DNA of 63,215 bases, the filler included, from Chiloscyllium plagiosum (taxonomy: Eukaryota): assembly GCF_004010195.1 (NCBI RefSeq). It is 5 parts of one record of this genome, joined end to end, with 100 filler letters (N's around TTAATTAATTAA, not from the genome) between each part and the next. Parts side by side here need not be neighbours in the genome. Positions count along the whole stretch, not along the records: positions 1 to 21,993 come from NC_057716.1; 4 more parts are not named here. One strand, given 5' to 3'. Below, piece after piece: positions 1-11,951 of this stretch. How positions within the stretch are numbered: position 1 is the first letter of the stretch; each line of letters begins with the position of its first letter. Below the pieces are notes generated by a model. That model did not search any database and was not told the origin of the DNA. It saw only the letters and a list, made by a program, of their open reading frames with translations. The position numbers and the translations under genes were made by a program.

Positions 1-627
1 TTTTTGCAGTGGTCTACCATGGGGAACCTTATCAAACGCCTTACTAAAATCCACATACACCGCATCTACCGCTTTCCCCTCGTCTACCTCTTTAGTCACC
101 TTCTCAAAGAATTCAATAAGGTTTGTGAGGCACGACCTCCCTTCACAAAACCATGCTGACTATCCTTGAACACATTATTCCTTTCCAGATGTTCATAAAT
201 CCTATCCCTTACAATTCTCTCTAAGATTTTGCCCACAACAGAAGTGAGACTCACTGGCCTATAGTTACTAGGGTTATCCCTACTCCCCTTCTTGAACAAG
301 GGAACCACATTTGCTATCCTCCAGTCTTCTGGCACTATTCCTGTAGACAACGAGGACATAAAAATCAAGGCCAATGGCTCTGCAATCTCCTCCCTTGCTT
401 CCCAGAGAATCCTAGGATAAATGCCATCAGGCCCAGGGGACTAATCTATTTTCACCCTTTCCAGAATTTCCAACACCTCTTCCCTACATACCTCAAAGCC
501 ATCCATTCTAATTAATTGTGACTCAGAATTCACATCGGCAACAATGTCCTGTTCCTGAATGAATACTGATGAAAAGTATTCATCCAGTGTCTCCCCAATC
601 TCTTCAGCCTCCACACGCAACTTCCCA
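1..627 (-). mobile_element. CR1 LINE ORF2 fragment (reverse transcriptase N-terminal region)
   Basis: Minus-strand ORF 96..374 reads VPEDWRIANVVPLFKKGSRDNPSNYRPVSLTSVVGKILE...SQHGFVKG, the canonical CR1 RT segment; frameshifted. Confidence 0.9.
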
Positions 628-799
628 AGGCTGGATTTGAAAAGGAACATCATGCATTCAATCTCCCACACTGAACAATATCACAGTACCAAATCAATTT
701 GCAGTGGGACAGATATTCTGCTGGCCAGATAGACATTATTCCAATGTAAAGAGGAGGTATGCATGTGGACCCTGTGGAATCCTGATTGTAGCACACACC

Positions 800-1120
800 C
801 ATAGAATCTCTGCAGTGTGGAAACAGGCCCTTCGGCCTACACAAGTCCACACCGACCCTCTGAAGAGTATCCCAATCAAACCTCTTACTTTATTACTCTA
901 CATTTACCCCTGACTAATGCACCTAACCTAAAAATCCCTGAATACTATGGGCATTTAGCATGGCCAATTTAGCTAACCTGCACATCATTGGATTGTGGGA
1001 GGAAACCCACGCAGACACGGGGAGAACGTGCAAACTCCACACAGACAGTCGTCCAAGGCTGGATTTGAACCCAGATCCCTGGCGCTGTGAGGCAGTAGTG
1101 CTGATCACTGAGCCCCCGTG
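800..1120 (-). mobile_element. HE1-type V-SINE (tRNA head, V core, CR1-derived tail)
   Basis: Reverse complement gives a tRNA-like head (GGCTCAGTGATCAGCACTACTGCCTCACAGCGCCAGGGATCTGGGTTCAAATCC), the TGTGTGGAGTTTGCACGTTCTCCCCGTG core and a GGGCCTGTTTCCACACTG tail. Confidence 0.85.
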
Positions 1121-1149
1121 ATTAGCACTGCTGCCTCACAGTGCTAGAC

Positions 1150-1895
1150 ACTCATAGGAATTGCCTGAGAAATTGAATTTTCTGCTCAGCAGAACCTTCT
1201 GAACATCTCCATTAAAACTGGAGACTTACATCTACTGACTGCATACTTACCTTACATACCCCTAACTACACCCGCCGACCATTAACATCACCCAGGACCT
1301 CATCTGACAGTCCTTGGGACCCAAAGCCCCTCCGATGGATCTGACCCCCACCCCCTGCCACTGCCACTGGATGTGATCCCGAGACACAACATCCACACAT
1401 CCCACCCACTACTCCACTGCCAGACCAAATTTCACCAGCTCACCCTCACCACTTATCTGCCCTGCTTGCCATGTTGAACCCTGGCACCATACCCACATAA
1501 CACTTTACCCCTGCTCATGATACCCTACACACATTGGACACTATCCAACTGGCACTCAACTCTGACTCCATCGGTCACCCTATTTACCTGGCATCATGCC
1601 CCCTGACCATCTGGCATCCTATCCACCCAGCACCCTAACATCATACTTGATGATGCACTTATTGTCTGACAGCAACTGTTAAAGTGTTTGTGTGGACACT
1701 TGAATTCTCAGAATACAGCAACTGACTGTTGTGAAATGGGGATGCAGTCTGCCTTCCTCTGACAGTTCAACATTGCAAAAGACCTGCCCAAATGGAAGAA
1801 TGGCTCCACATATCTGAGGGAGACCTAAGCAGATCACTTCCCAGAAGCCCATCCTTCCATTAAAAAGAGCGACGAGAGTGAAAATCTGCATGAGA
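1150..1895. repeat. Old unclassified interspersed repeat with a C/A-rich low-complexity core (possibly a non-autonomous DNA transposon)
   Basis: Weak similarity, in opposite orientation, to G/T-rich-core segments at about 12440-13300 and 44580-45120; no coding signal. Confidence 0.3.
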
Positions 1896-2049
1896 CTGTC
1901 ACTCCCCAGGAAATATGACCCAATACTCACTGTGCTAATAAAATCCCTTGATGTTGACAGTATATTTCATGCTGATGTGTGACCTTTAGTTCAATATGCC
2001 TCTCATTATTACTGCTACTGAATTATAACCTCAGTCATTATATTTGCAG

Positions 2050-2343
2050 AAAACTGCTACTTGCACCAGCCAGGTTCAAGTGAGTCATAATGAAAGTCCA
2101 GTTGTTATGGTACAATGCATGAACATGAGCATGACAACATCAAACTCAACATCGATACCAACACCAACGTCAACATCAACAATTAACTCAACATCAACAT
2201 CAACATCAAGGCCAACATCGATCACTACAACAACGACAACAAATACAACTACAACAACTACAACAACAACAACTGTACCAACTACAACAACAACAACAAC
2301 AACAATAAAATCATCGTTGTCGTCATCATCAGAAAAGCAGTGA
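2050..2343 (+). CDS. spp2: SPP2/cathelicidin-type cystatin-domain gene A, late exon (equivalent to SPP2 exon 4) with Thr-rich mucin-like tract; possibly frameshifted
   Basis: Acceptor tatttgcag| at 2049, phase 0. Translation KTATCTSQVQVSHNESPVVMVQC aligns by eye with SPP2 STAVCRSTVKVSAQQVQGVHARC (same two Cys, similar spacing). It continues through about 60 Thr/Ser residues to SSLSSSSEKQ*. The symbol denotes an spp2-like paralog, not proven orthology. Confidence 0.7.
   Translation, partial: KTATCTSQVQVSHNESPVVMVQCMNMSMTTSNSTSIPTPTSTSTINSTSTSTSRPTSITTTTTTNTTTTTTTTTTVPTTTTTTTTIKSSLSSSSEKQ
2130..2305 (+). repeat. (ACA)n-like trinucleotide tract encoding poly-Thr/Ser
   Basis: Imperfect ACA/ACT/TCA repeats, in frame within the exon. 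Confidence 0.9.
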
Positions 2344-2619
2344 ATCATCAGAGGAACGCAATAAAAAAGTAAATTGCAGAACTTTGAAAAATTCACTTCT
2401 CTAAGTATTGGTTTATAACATCCTGCAATCTGATTTGAAATAGTGGTGTCTTATTTTATGTTAGAGTTATGATAAAGCATCTATTTGAAACCGTCTAGCA
2501 TAAGCACAGAAGAAGTTGGAGGGAGGTGAGTCTTTTGGCTTCTTATTCATGTTCTGCCATTCAACTAGATCATGGTTGACCATCTACTCAAACCATTTAC
2601 TGTACCCTTATTTTAAAAA

Positions 2620-3020
2620 AATCATTTATAGAATGTAGGTGTCACTGGCTTGTACTCGCTATAGCCTGTCCCTAGTTGCCCTTGAGAGGCAGTGCTGAAC
2701 TGCCTCTTGAACCTCAGCAGTCCACCTGCTTTGGGTTGACCCACAATGCCATTATAGAGGGAATTCCAGGATATTGACCCAGCGACAATGAAAGAACAGT
2801 GATATACTTCCAAGTCAGGATGGTGAGTGTCTTGGAGGGGAGCTTGAAGGTCGTGGTGTTCCCATGTAACAGTTGCCCTTGTCCTTCTAGATCGAAGTGG
2901 TTGTGTGTTTAGAAGGTGCTGTTTGAGGATCTTTGGTGAATTTCTGCAGTGCATCTTGTAAATACTGCTACTGAGAGTGGTGTTGGAGGGAGTGGATGCT
3001 TGTGAATGTAATGCCAATCA
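2620..3020 (-). mobile_element. 3' fragment of a second CR1-clade LINE family (same family as 13540-16225)
   Basis: Reverse complement matches the 3' end of the element at about 15820-16180 (TIYKMHCRNSP-like segment, CAAGGGCAACTAGGGA tail). Confidence 0.75.
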
Positions 3021-3029
3021 AGCATGCCT

Positions 3030-3660
3030 CTTGATCTCCTTAATAGCTTTAAATATATTGTCAAATGGGGATCCTGGTCTCTGTGAGAAAGATTTCCAAA
3101 GATTCACAACAGTCTGAGTGAAAAATTTCTCCTTCTCACTGTCTTAAATGGACAACGTATTGGCATCGATCTTTGACCCACATGTTCTGGATTCTCCAAA
3201 TGGGCAAGCCAATCTTTGAAATCCTAGAGGAAATTTATATAACTCAGTGACATTGGCATGTGTTCTCCAAAACTTCAGAGAGCATCGGTCACTCTTACTC
3301 ATCCCCCTTTATTATCAGCACACCCCTTCCAGGAATCAATCTAGTGAATAATTGTCCCACAAACATTCCAATATAACATTTCTTTCAATAAGGAGTCTAG
3401 ACCTATATGCAGTTCGCTGGATGTACTTTCACCTTAATAATTACAAAGGACTCCCTTGTTTTTATGTTTCAACCTTCTTGTAATAGTGGTAACATACACA
3501 ATTTGCCTTCTTAATTGACAGCTTTCTGTGATTCTTATTCAAATATACTCTTCACCCTCTGAATCGCAACACTTCATCTTCTTTTATATGAAAAAGAAAG
3601 CCTGCATTTCATTCTTCCAAACAAAATAGGTAATTTTGTGCTTCTCCATGACGTAGCTCC
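3030..3660 (-). mobile_element. Highly decayed CR1 3' fragment
   Basis: ttccaaagattcacaacagtctgagtgaaaaatttctcct and the following sequence match the reverse complement of CR1 ORF2 C-terminus/3' UTR. Confidence 0.5.
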
Positions 3661-4319
3661 GCCCCTATGTAAAAGTGAAACTCATGCACATTTCTTGAAT
3701 TTGCACTCATTTCTGATGGGTCTATAGTTGACTCCAAACCCCATGAGGTTTCATGGCCTCAGGTCCAACATGAATAAGATGTTTTGTGTACCGATGTCAA
3801 TGTGTTGAATTAGACAAACAGACAGACTCAGAGATTTAGCGGGGTATAGTTATAAATCTATACTTCAAGCAGAAACACCAGCTTCCACTTTTCCCTTTCC
3901 CTTTCCCTTTCTAGAAGCCAACCCCATCTTGAGAGGATCACCACTCCTTTTTCCTAGTGTTATAACCTACCATCAAATCACCCAACTAAAGAACTCAGAT
4001 TCTTTTAGCTATTTTGAAAAACCCACTAACAAAGCACACAGTTAATTAATTAATAGCAAACTAATACCAACCAGGAGCAATAACTGAATAAGGAAACAAA
4101 CAAAAATGTCTGTGGAAAACAAAGGGAGTGTACTAAATCAAAATGGAGTAGGCAGGGGAGCTAATACAAGCCCTGCTGTGCACACCTCCCTCTAACAGCC
4201 TTGTGGAGAATATTGCATTGCATACACCTTTCCAAGGACATCTGAGCATGAACATAGCTGTTTTTTAAAGCAAACACGAAGGTCTCCATTTTTATAAACT
4301 TATCACCAAATATTTTTTC

Positions 4320-4700
4320 GTAATTCACTCACTGGCTGGACCAGCATGTATTGCCCAGGCTTAATTGCTCTTGAGAAAGGGTGGGAGCTGTCTTCTTGAA
4401 CTGCTGCAGTCCATGTGCTGTAGGCAGACCCACAATGCCTTTAGGGAGGGACTGCCAGTGTGTTGAACTATTGACACCGAGGGAACAGCGATATATTTTC
4501 AAGTCAGAGTGCTGAGTGACTTGGAGGGGAGCTTACAAGTCAAATTCCTGGAATTCACTCCCAACAGCATTGTGAGTTTGCACATTGTCCATGTAATACA
4601 GCGTTTCAAGATTGCAGTTAACCCCAAAGTTCTTAAGGGCAACTAGGGATAGGCAATGTATCCTGGCCCAGCCAGCGTGAGCTATGTCCCACAAGTGAAT
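4320..4700. mobile_element. Two head-to-head 3' fragments of the second CR1-clade family
   Basis: About 4320-4540 resembles the minus-strand copy at 2640-2850; about 4540-4700 resembles the plus-strand tail (TTAAGGGCAACTAGGGATAGGCAA). Confidence 0.6.
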
Positions 4701-6012
4701 ACATTTTCAAAATTAGATGTTCACTGTATATGAGAAGTCCATATCAGGTTGCTGATCTTTGTGCAGATCCAATCTCCAAATCTGCTGGCTGTTTCCATTT
4801 TAAATGGCAGCAGGTTTGTGCCTCTGGTGAGCAGATATATCACTGTCACATTTCAATGAGATTCCATCCCTGAGAATTGGGTAGTCTTTTAAATGTAACA
4901 CATGCTGATCAGGTTCCCTGGGACTCTTGAAACAGTTGGACCCAGCAGCTAACAGTATTGGTACTGTGGAGCAGTGGGGCAGGAGCGCTCCATCCAGTGG
5001 ATCTATCATCTTCTCATAATCAGACCACGTGTACACTTCCCCACCTCCCTCACACCAATGCCCAAACCTGTGGATCCTTCTTGGTCACCCTTTTCTCCCC
5101 AGAAGTCAGTCACAGAGTCATAGAGATGTACAGCATGGAAACAGAACCTTCCGTCCAACCTGTCCATGTCGAACAGATATCCCAACCCAATCTAGTCCCA
5201 CTTGTCAGCACCTAGCCCATATCCCTCCAACATTTCCTATTAATATACCCATCCAGATGCTTTTTCAATGTTGCAATTGTCCTAGCCTCCACTATTTCCT
5301 CTGGCAGCTCATCCCACACATGTACCACACTCTGCACGAAAAAGTTGCCCCTTTGGTCTCTTTTATGTCTTTCCCTTCTCACCCCAAACCTATGCTCTCT
5401 AGTTTTCGACTCCCCTACCCCAGGGAAAAAAAACTTTGTCTATTTATCCTATCCATGCCCCTGATGATTTTGTAAACCTCTAAAAGGTCACCCCTCAATC
5501 TCCGACGGTCCAGGGAAAACAGCCCCAGCCTATTCAGCTTCTTCCTATAGCTCAAATCCTCCAACCCTGGCAACATCCTTCTAAACCTTTTCTGAACATT
5601 TTCAAGTTTCACAGCATCCTTCCGATAGGAAGGAGACCAGAATTGCACACACTACTATTAAAGTGGCCTAACCAATGTCCTGTACAGCCGCAACATGACC
5701 TACCAAATTAGGATACTCAATACTCTGACCAATAAAGGAAAGAATACCGAAAGCCTTCTTCACTATTCTACCTAGCTGTGACTCCAATTTCAAGGAGCTA
5801 TGAATCTGCACTCCAAGGACCCAGCACCGATCCTTGTGGCACTCCACTGGTCACAGGCCTCCAGTCTGAAAAACAACCCTCCACCATCACCCTCTATCCT
5901 CTATTTTTGAGCCAGCTCAGTATCCAAATGGCTCGTGCTCCCTGTATTCCATGAGATATAATCTTGCTAACCAGAGTCCCATGGGGAACCTTGTCAAACA
6001 TGTTACTGAAGT

Positions 6013-6673
6013 TTAGGGTGTAGGTTTGCTCACTGAACTGTAGGTTTGATATCCAGACATTTCATTACCTGGCTAGATAACATCATCATTGGTGACCTCC
6101 AAGTGAAGCGAAGCTGTTGTCTCCCGCTTTCTATTTATATGTTTATCCTGAATGGGGTTGCTGGGGTTTGTGGTGATATCATTTCCTGTTCAACACTACG
6201 TAAGACAAACAGGAAGAAAGTTACCCACCAGGATACACGAACACCAGCTAGCCACAAAAAGATACGACCCTCTCTCCCTCATAGCCCTACACACAGAGGA
6301 AAAAAACCCACCATTTTGACTGGGACAACACATCTATCCTAGGACAGGCTAAGCAAAGAAATGCCAGAGAATTCCTAGAGGCCTGGCACTCCAACCACAA
6401 TTCAATAAACAAACACATAGATCTAGATACCATCTATCAACCCCTCAGAAAACGAACAGGAAATGACATCACCACAAACCCCAGGAACCCCATCAAGGAC
6501 AAACATAAAAATAGAAAGCATTAGACAACAGCTTCGCTTCACTTGGAGGTCGCCACTGATGATGTTACCTAGCCAGATAATGAAACGTCTGAATATCAAA
6601 CCTACAGCTCAGCGAGCAAACCTACACCCTAAACCTCATCCTGAGCTACAAACCTTCACAAACCTTCCAACAA
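6013..6673 (+). mobile_element. Penelope-like element 3' fragment (GIY-YIG end plus pLTR) with inverted pLTR copy, nested in CR1
   Basis: Encodes ILGQAKQRNAREFLEAWHSNHNSINKHIDL. About 6012-6190 is an inverted copy of about 6455-6633. TSD atgttactgaagt at 6000-6012 and 6674-6686. Confidence 0.85.
6556..6590 (+). ncRNA. Hammerhead ribozyme core in Penelope pLTR
   Basis: CTGATGA-tgttacctagccagataat-GAAACGTC: conserved CUGANGA and GAAA boxes flanking a stem II. Confidence 0.6.
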
Positions 6674-9600
6674 ATGTTACTGAAGTCCATATAGATCACA
6701 TTAACTGCTCTGCCTTCATCAATCCTCTTTGTTACTTCTTCAAAACACTCAATCAAGTTTGTGAGACATGATTTCCCACGCACAAAGACATGTTGACTAT
6801 TCCTAATCAGTCCTTGCCTTTCCAAATACATGTACATCTTGGCCCTCAGGATTCCCTCCAACAACTTGCCCACCACTGACATCAGTGTACTAGTCTATAG
6901 TTCCCTGGTTTGTCCTTACCACCTTTCTTAAATATTGGCACCACATTAGCCAATCTCTAGTCTTCTCCTGTGATTATTGATGATACAAATATCTCAGCAA
7001 GGGGCCCAGCAATCACTTCACTAGCTTCCCACAGAGTTCAAGGATACCCCTGATCAGGTCCTGGGGATTTATCCACTTTTATGCATTTCAAGACATCCAG
7101 CACCTCTGCCTCTGTACTAGGGACATTGTTCAATGTCACTATCTATTTCCCTACATTCTATATCGTCCACGTCCTTTTCCACAGTAAACACTGATGCAAA
7201 GTACTCATTTTGTATCTCCCCCATCTCCTGCAGCTCCACACAAAGGCCACCTTGCTGATATTTGAGGGGCCATATTCTCTCCCTAGTTACCCTTTTTGTC
7301 CTCCTGATTTCCATCTTAAGTATAATCCCTCTGCCTTTATACTCTTCTAAGGATTCATTTGATGTATCCTGTCTATACCTGACATATGCTTCCTTTTTCT
7401 TCTGAACCAAACTCACAATTTCTTTAGTCATCCAGCATTGCCTACGCCATTCCTTTCACCCTAACATGAATATACTTTCTCTGAACTCTCGTCATCTTAT
7501 TTCTGAAGGCTTCCCATTTTCCAGCCATCCATCAAAATTAGCCTTCCTCCAATTTAGAATTATCCTTTTCCAACACTATTTTAAAACTAATAGAATTATG
7601 CTCATTGGCCCCACTGACCTTTCAACCACCTGCCCTGCCTTATTTCCCAAGAGTAGATCAAGTTTTGCACCTTCTCTAGTTGGTACATCTACATCCTGAA
7701 TCAGAAAATTTTCTTGTACACACTTAACAAATTCCTCTCCATCTAAAACTTTAACACTATGGCAGTCCCATTCTATGTTTGGAAAGTTATAATTCCCTGC
7801 CATAACCAGCCTATTATTCTTACAATTGAGATCTCCTTACAAATTTGTTTTTCAATTTCCTGTTGACTATTATGGGGTCTATAATACAATCCCAATAAGG
7901 TGATCATCCCTTTCTTATTTCTCAGTTCCACCCAAATAACTTCCCTGGAATATCCTCCCTCATAGAGCTGTAATGCTATTCTTTATCAAAATTGTCACTC
8001 CCCCTCCTCTCTTACCTCCCTTTCTATCCTTCCTACAGCAGTTGTATCCTGGAACATTAAGCAGCCAGTCCTGTCCATCCCTGAGCCACTTTAATTACTA
8101 TAACATCCCAGTCCCATGTTCCTAACAATGCCCTGAGTTCATTGCCTTCCCTGTTAGGTCTCTTGCATTGAAATAAATGCAGCTTAATTTATCAGTCCTA
8201 CCTTGTTCTCTGCATTGTTCCTGCCTGCCCTGGCTGTTTGATTTGCTTCTTTTGTCAATGGTATCAGTCTCAGATTGATCTCTTTCCTCACTATCTCCCT
8301 GGGTCACACCCCCTCACCTTACTAGTTTAAACCTCCCAAGTAGCTCTAGCAAATGTTCCTGTCAGTATCTTAGTCCCTTTCCAATTCAGGTGCAATCCGT
8401 CCTTCTTGTACAAATCACTTCAACCCCAGAAGAGATTCCAATGATCCAAAAATGTGAATCTTTCTTCCATACACCAGCTCCTCAGACATGCATTCATCTG
8501 CTCTCTCGTTCCATTCCTACCCTCACTAGCTCAAAGCACCGGGAATTATCCAGATATTATTACTTTCAAGGACTTCCTTTTTATATTGCTGCCTAACTTT
8601 CCATATTCTCTCTTCAGAATCTCATCCTTTTTCCTTCCTATGTCATTGATTCCGATGTGTACAATGACCTCCTGTTGGTCCCTCTCCCCCTTGAGAACAT
8701 TCTGCACCATCTCTGAGACATCCTTGATCCTGGCACCAGGGAGGCAACACACCATTCTGATTTTTCGCTGTTGGCCACAAAAACATCTGTCTGTGCCTTG
8801 GACTAGGAAGTCCAGGAACACAATCGATCTCTTGAAACCCAACGTACCAAGAGAGCCAATCTCGATACCAGAAACTTGGCTGTTGGTGCTACATTCCCCT
8901 GAGAATCCATCAGCCCCTCCATTTTCCAAAATGGCATCCTTGTTTGGAATTGGGATAGCTACATAAGACTCCTGCATTACCTACCTACCTCTCTTACCTT
9001 TTCTGGAGTAAACCCATCTATGTGACTGTATCTGTAACTTTTCTCCCTTCCGATAACTGCCATCCATCATACCTCCTTGCTCTTGTAACTTCCTCAGTGC
9101 CTCTAACTGTCTCTCCAACCAATCCATTCGATCTGATAGGATTTGCAAACAACATCATTTATTGCTGATATAATCCTCAGTAACCCATAAACTCTCCCTA
9201 AACTCCCACATCCGACAAGAAGAGCATATCATTTTACTAAAGGCCATTTTTCCTTCTTCCAATCTACAGACCCAGAAAGTAGCACAGTCTTATTTTTCTA
9301 GAAAACACTGCTCCAGGCTAACTTAATACTTATGGCTTATATTTTAAAGTTTAATCATGAGATATAGCTCAGTAAAAAATATATTCAAGAATGAAACCTC
9401 TCTACTCACTACTGCAGACTTACAGCAAGGGCACACTTAAAAATATTCACTTATCTGATGCTGTGCTGTGACCTCTCCCAAACAAGTTCCTCCAAGATCA
9501 GCTGTGAATTTCACTATTGTTAATTTTCGCAGACGTACTCCAATGTCCAGAAATACATTAATTCAACAGCAATGGCAGAAACTACGCAGATTCACTGCTG

Positions 9601-9678
9601 TGTCAGGGAGCACTGTGGATTTCTTTCTCTCTCTCTCTCTCCTGCACTGACTGACCATGTGCTGCCTTTGTCTGTTCC

Positions 9679-9755
9679 TCTCCCTTTTATAAGTACTGTT
9701 GTATTGACTTCTTTTCTCCCTTTTATAAGTACTGTTGTATTGACTTCTTTTCTCC
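9679..9755. repeat. About 36-bp tandem duplication in CR1 5' UTR
   Basis: tctcccttttataagtactgttgtattgacttcttt occurs twice in tandem. Confidence 0.85.
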
Positions 9756-11731
9756 AAAGTTCCAAAGCAATGCAACAGCAGATAAAAAGCAATTGCTGCT
9801 CCTGGAATTTGAGGAAATCACCTCCAACACCTAAAATATGTCAAAGAGGAGCAGCCTGTTACAGCCAGAAATTTTTCCTGTCCTCCATCTTGGATTACCC
9901 AGAATCCTTCCTTCCTCTCCTTCAAACTCTTGACTGTTGGGGTGTTTTCCTAATTCCAAAGCCAACTGGTCAAACTTGGAGCCTGATTAGCTGCCAAGCA
10001 GGGCATTGATTTTTTAAAGATTATAACAGGTTCCTGCAATTTAATTTGGCAGGAACTCTGCTCCCATAACATTCCCAGATTTTATATACTCACAGACGTT
10101 GACAACACAGGAGGACATGGCCCATCGTGTCTGCCACAGTTTTTACTCGGTGAGCACACTCACCCCATCCCTGAAAATATTGGAGCCACCGAGTGTGATG
10201 AAGTGTCACCAGCACATATTGGGGAACTTCAAAAAATCCTTAAGAATGAAATAATCTCTTTTTAACTTATTTTCCACACTCAATTATGTGGGAACAAAAT
10301 TAAAGTGTTGCATAAACTGTGCTTATTTACTGCAGAAAAAGCAAACATTTTGAGAACTAATCACCTAATTCCATAGTGTGACCATAACCACCTCGAGGGA
10401 AACATGGAACCTTTCCTGTGTCAGTTCCATGTCTATCCAAGACAATCGCTTTTCCATTATTGAGAAGAGATTTTTCAGCTCATACCCTGTTTGAAAACAT
10501 TTCATTAAAGCCTTTTCAATAAATGGGAATCTAATATCCCCATGAAGCATTTGGAAACTGTCATTCAACTAATATTGCTTATTAATTTACAGACTTTTAA
10601 GAAGAGTGGATGGAGATGTAAAGGAACTGATGAACATGAAGAAAATTCCAATCGGCTTTAATTGCTTAATTCTAAAGCATTTAATGAGAGCTAGCTTGCT
10701 ACTTAATTATTAGAAATTCATAATATAGCTTCTTACATTGATACTCAAGATATTGTCACTACTCAGTATTGTCTGGTAAGTGGAGTAAATCTAGCAAAGT
10801 GATTTGTACAATATATCAATGTAAACACAAAGAATAAACAAAATATTGTTGTCCAATTTTGTGTCTCAGAAGCCCTTGCAGTTCAGTAAAAGTATTAGAG
10901 ACTCAAGGTTCTCTAGTTGGTTAGTTTTCTGAGAGATCTGACATGAATCTTTGAGCGGTCACAATGGGCAATAAGTTTATAAAATTGAGTGGAATATCTT
11001 CCATCATGTGTTGAGTTGCCACAGTTTCCAGCTCCTGATGTGTTCCTTGTTCATGATGTTCACACAAGCAGCAGATGAGCTCACAAGCTCCCTGTAATTA
11101 TACCCTGCACTGGCACCGAGACCCAGGCAACCCGAGTCCCTGGCTTTGTCCTCCTCTTCTCTCTGTCTCACTCTGAAGTACAGGAGAGAAAAGAGTTAGA
11201 TCTGACGGGTGGGTGAGGAAGTGTCATAAATATTTTACGATAGCTGCAGGCCCTGAATTAGAAGCCTTGTGCTTGCACTAAGAAAGGTAGAGCTGGGGGT
11301 GTAATGGGGAAGGTTCTCCCAGGAAAGGACTCACATTAGCAGCTATCATTCTGACATAAACATGATTAATTGGACATGACAATGAACAATTGAAATAAAG
11401 TGGGTAAGCTCAGGAGAAACAGGCCTGATTTATCAATTCCAAGATGGTATTGATATCAGGAGCTGTCCCCATCAATGCTTTGTTTATTTCACTTTCAGGC
11501 TGGGGTTCATGAGATCGGTGCCACAGATTCTAAGATGGAGGTCTGAGTGACACCATGTCCAAACTGCCCAATGGATCGACAGGCAGTGAAAGATTCACTT
11601 GTATGTATATGTCAAAAGTAGAACACGATCGTGAATTTGTTTCATATTAAAGTGTGCGTGTCTTCTTCCATTAATTTCAATCAGGTCTTAAAGAACGTCG
11701 TTAGGTATGTTCAACCTAACGGTACAAGGTG

Positions 11732-11951
11732 GAGAATGTGAGGGCTGCAGATGCTGGAGAGTCAGAACTGAAATGTGTGGCACTGGAAAAGCATAGCAGG
11801 TCAGGCAGCATCCGAAGAGCAGAAGGGGTGATGTTTTGGGCCGAAGCTCTTCATCAGGAATGTTTGGGGGAAGTGGGTTGAGAAACATTGACAATCCTGC
11901 TCCTCGACTGCTGCATGACCTTCTGTACTTTTCCAGCACCACACTTCGACT
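11732..11951. mobile_element. Miniature palindromic Penelope pLTR-derived element
   Basis: Arm GTGAGGGCTGCAGATGCTGGAGA...GCTCTTCATCAGG followed by its inverted copy; TSD ctaac(g/a)gtacaaggtg at 11716-11731 and 11952-11967. Confidence 0.8.

Larger units (their letters stand above)
5108..9906 (-). mobile_element. Near full-length, decayed CR1 LINE: 5' UTR, ORF1 (Zn finger/leucine zipper plus SGNH esterase), ORF2 (APE endonuclease plus RT), 3' tail
   Basis: ORF1 starts at about 9247 (MAFSKMICSSCRMWEF...). Esterase motifs lie in 8546..8977 (MVCCLPGARIKDV, VIVHIGINDIG). Endonuclease motifs are CIYFNAR, NFPNIEW and PTREGAKLDLLLGN; RT motifs are SVVGKLLE and VIYMDFS; the C-terminus is QFWSPSYRKD...RLRGDLLEVYKI. 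Multiple deletions and frameshifts. Confidence 0.9.

Noticed and set aside
2085..2396. Minus-strand Val-rich 103-aa ORF
   Set aside because: It is the antisense reading of the (ACA)n Thr tract of the plus-strand exon.
2499..2531. Apparent 27-nt micro-exon (tag|CATAAGCACAGAAGAAGTTGGAGGGAG|gtgagt, HKHRRSWRE) after the gene A exon
   Set aside because: It lies in what looks like a decayed antisense CR1 tail (...ctgccattcaactagatcatgg) and has a poor pyrimidine tract. Exonisation cannot be excluded but is unsupported.
10365..10568. Minus-strand 67-aa ORF with a plausible acceptor
   Set aside because: No recognisable homology and no partner exons.
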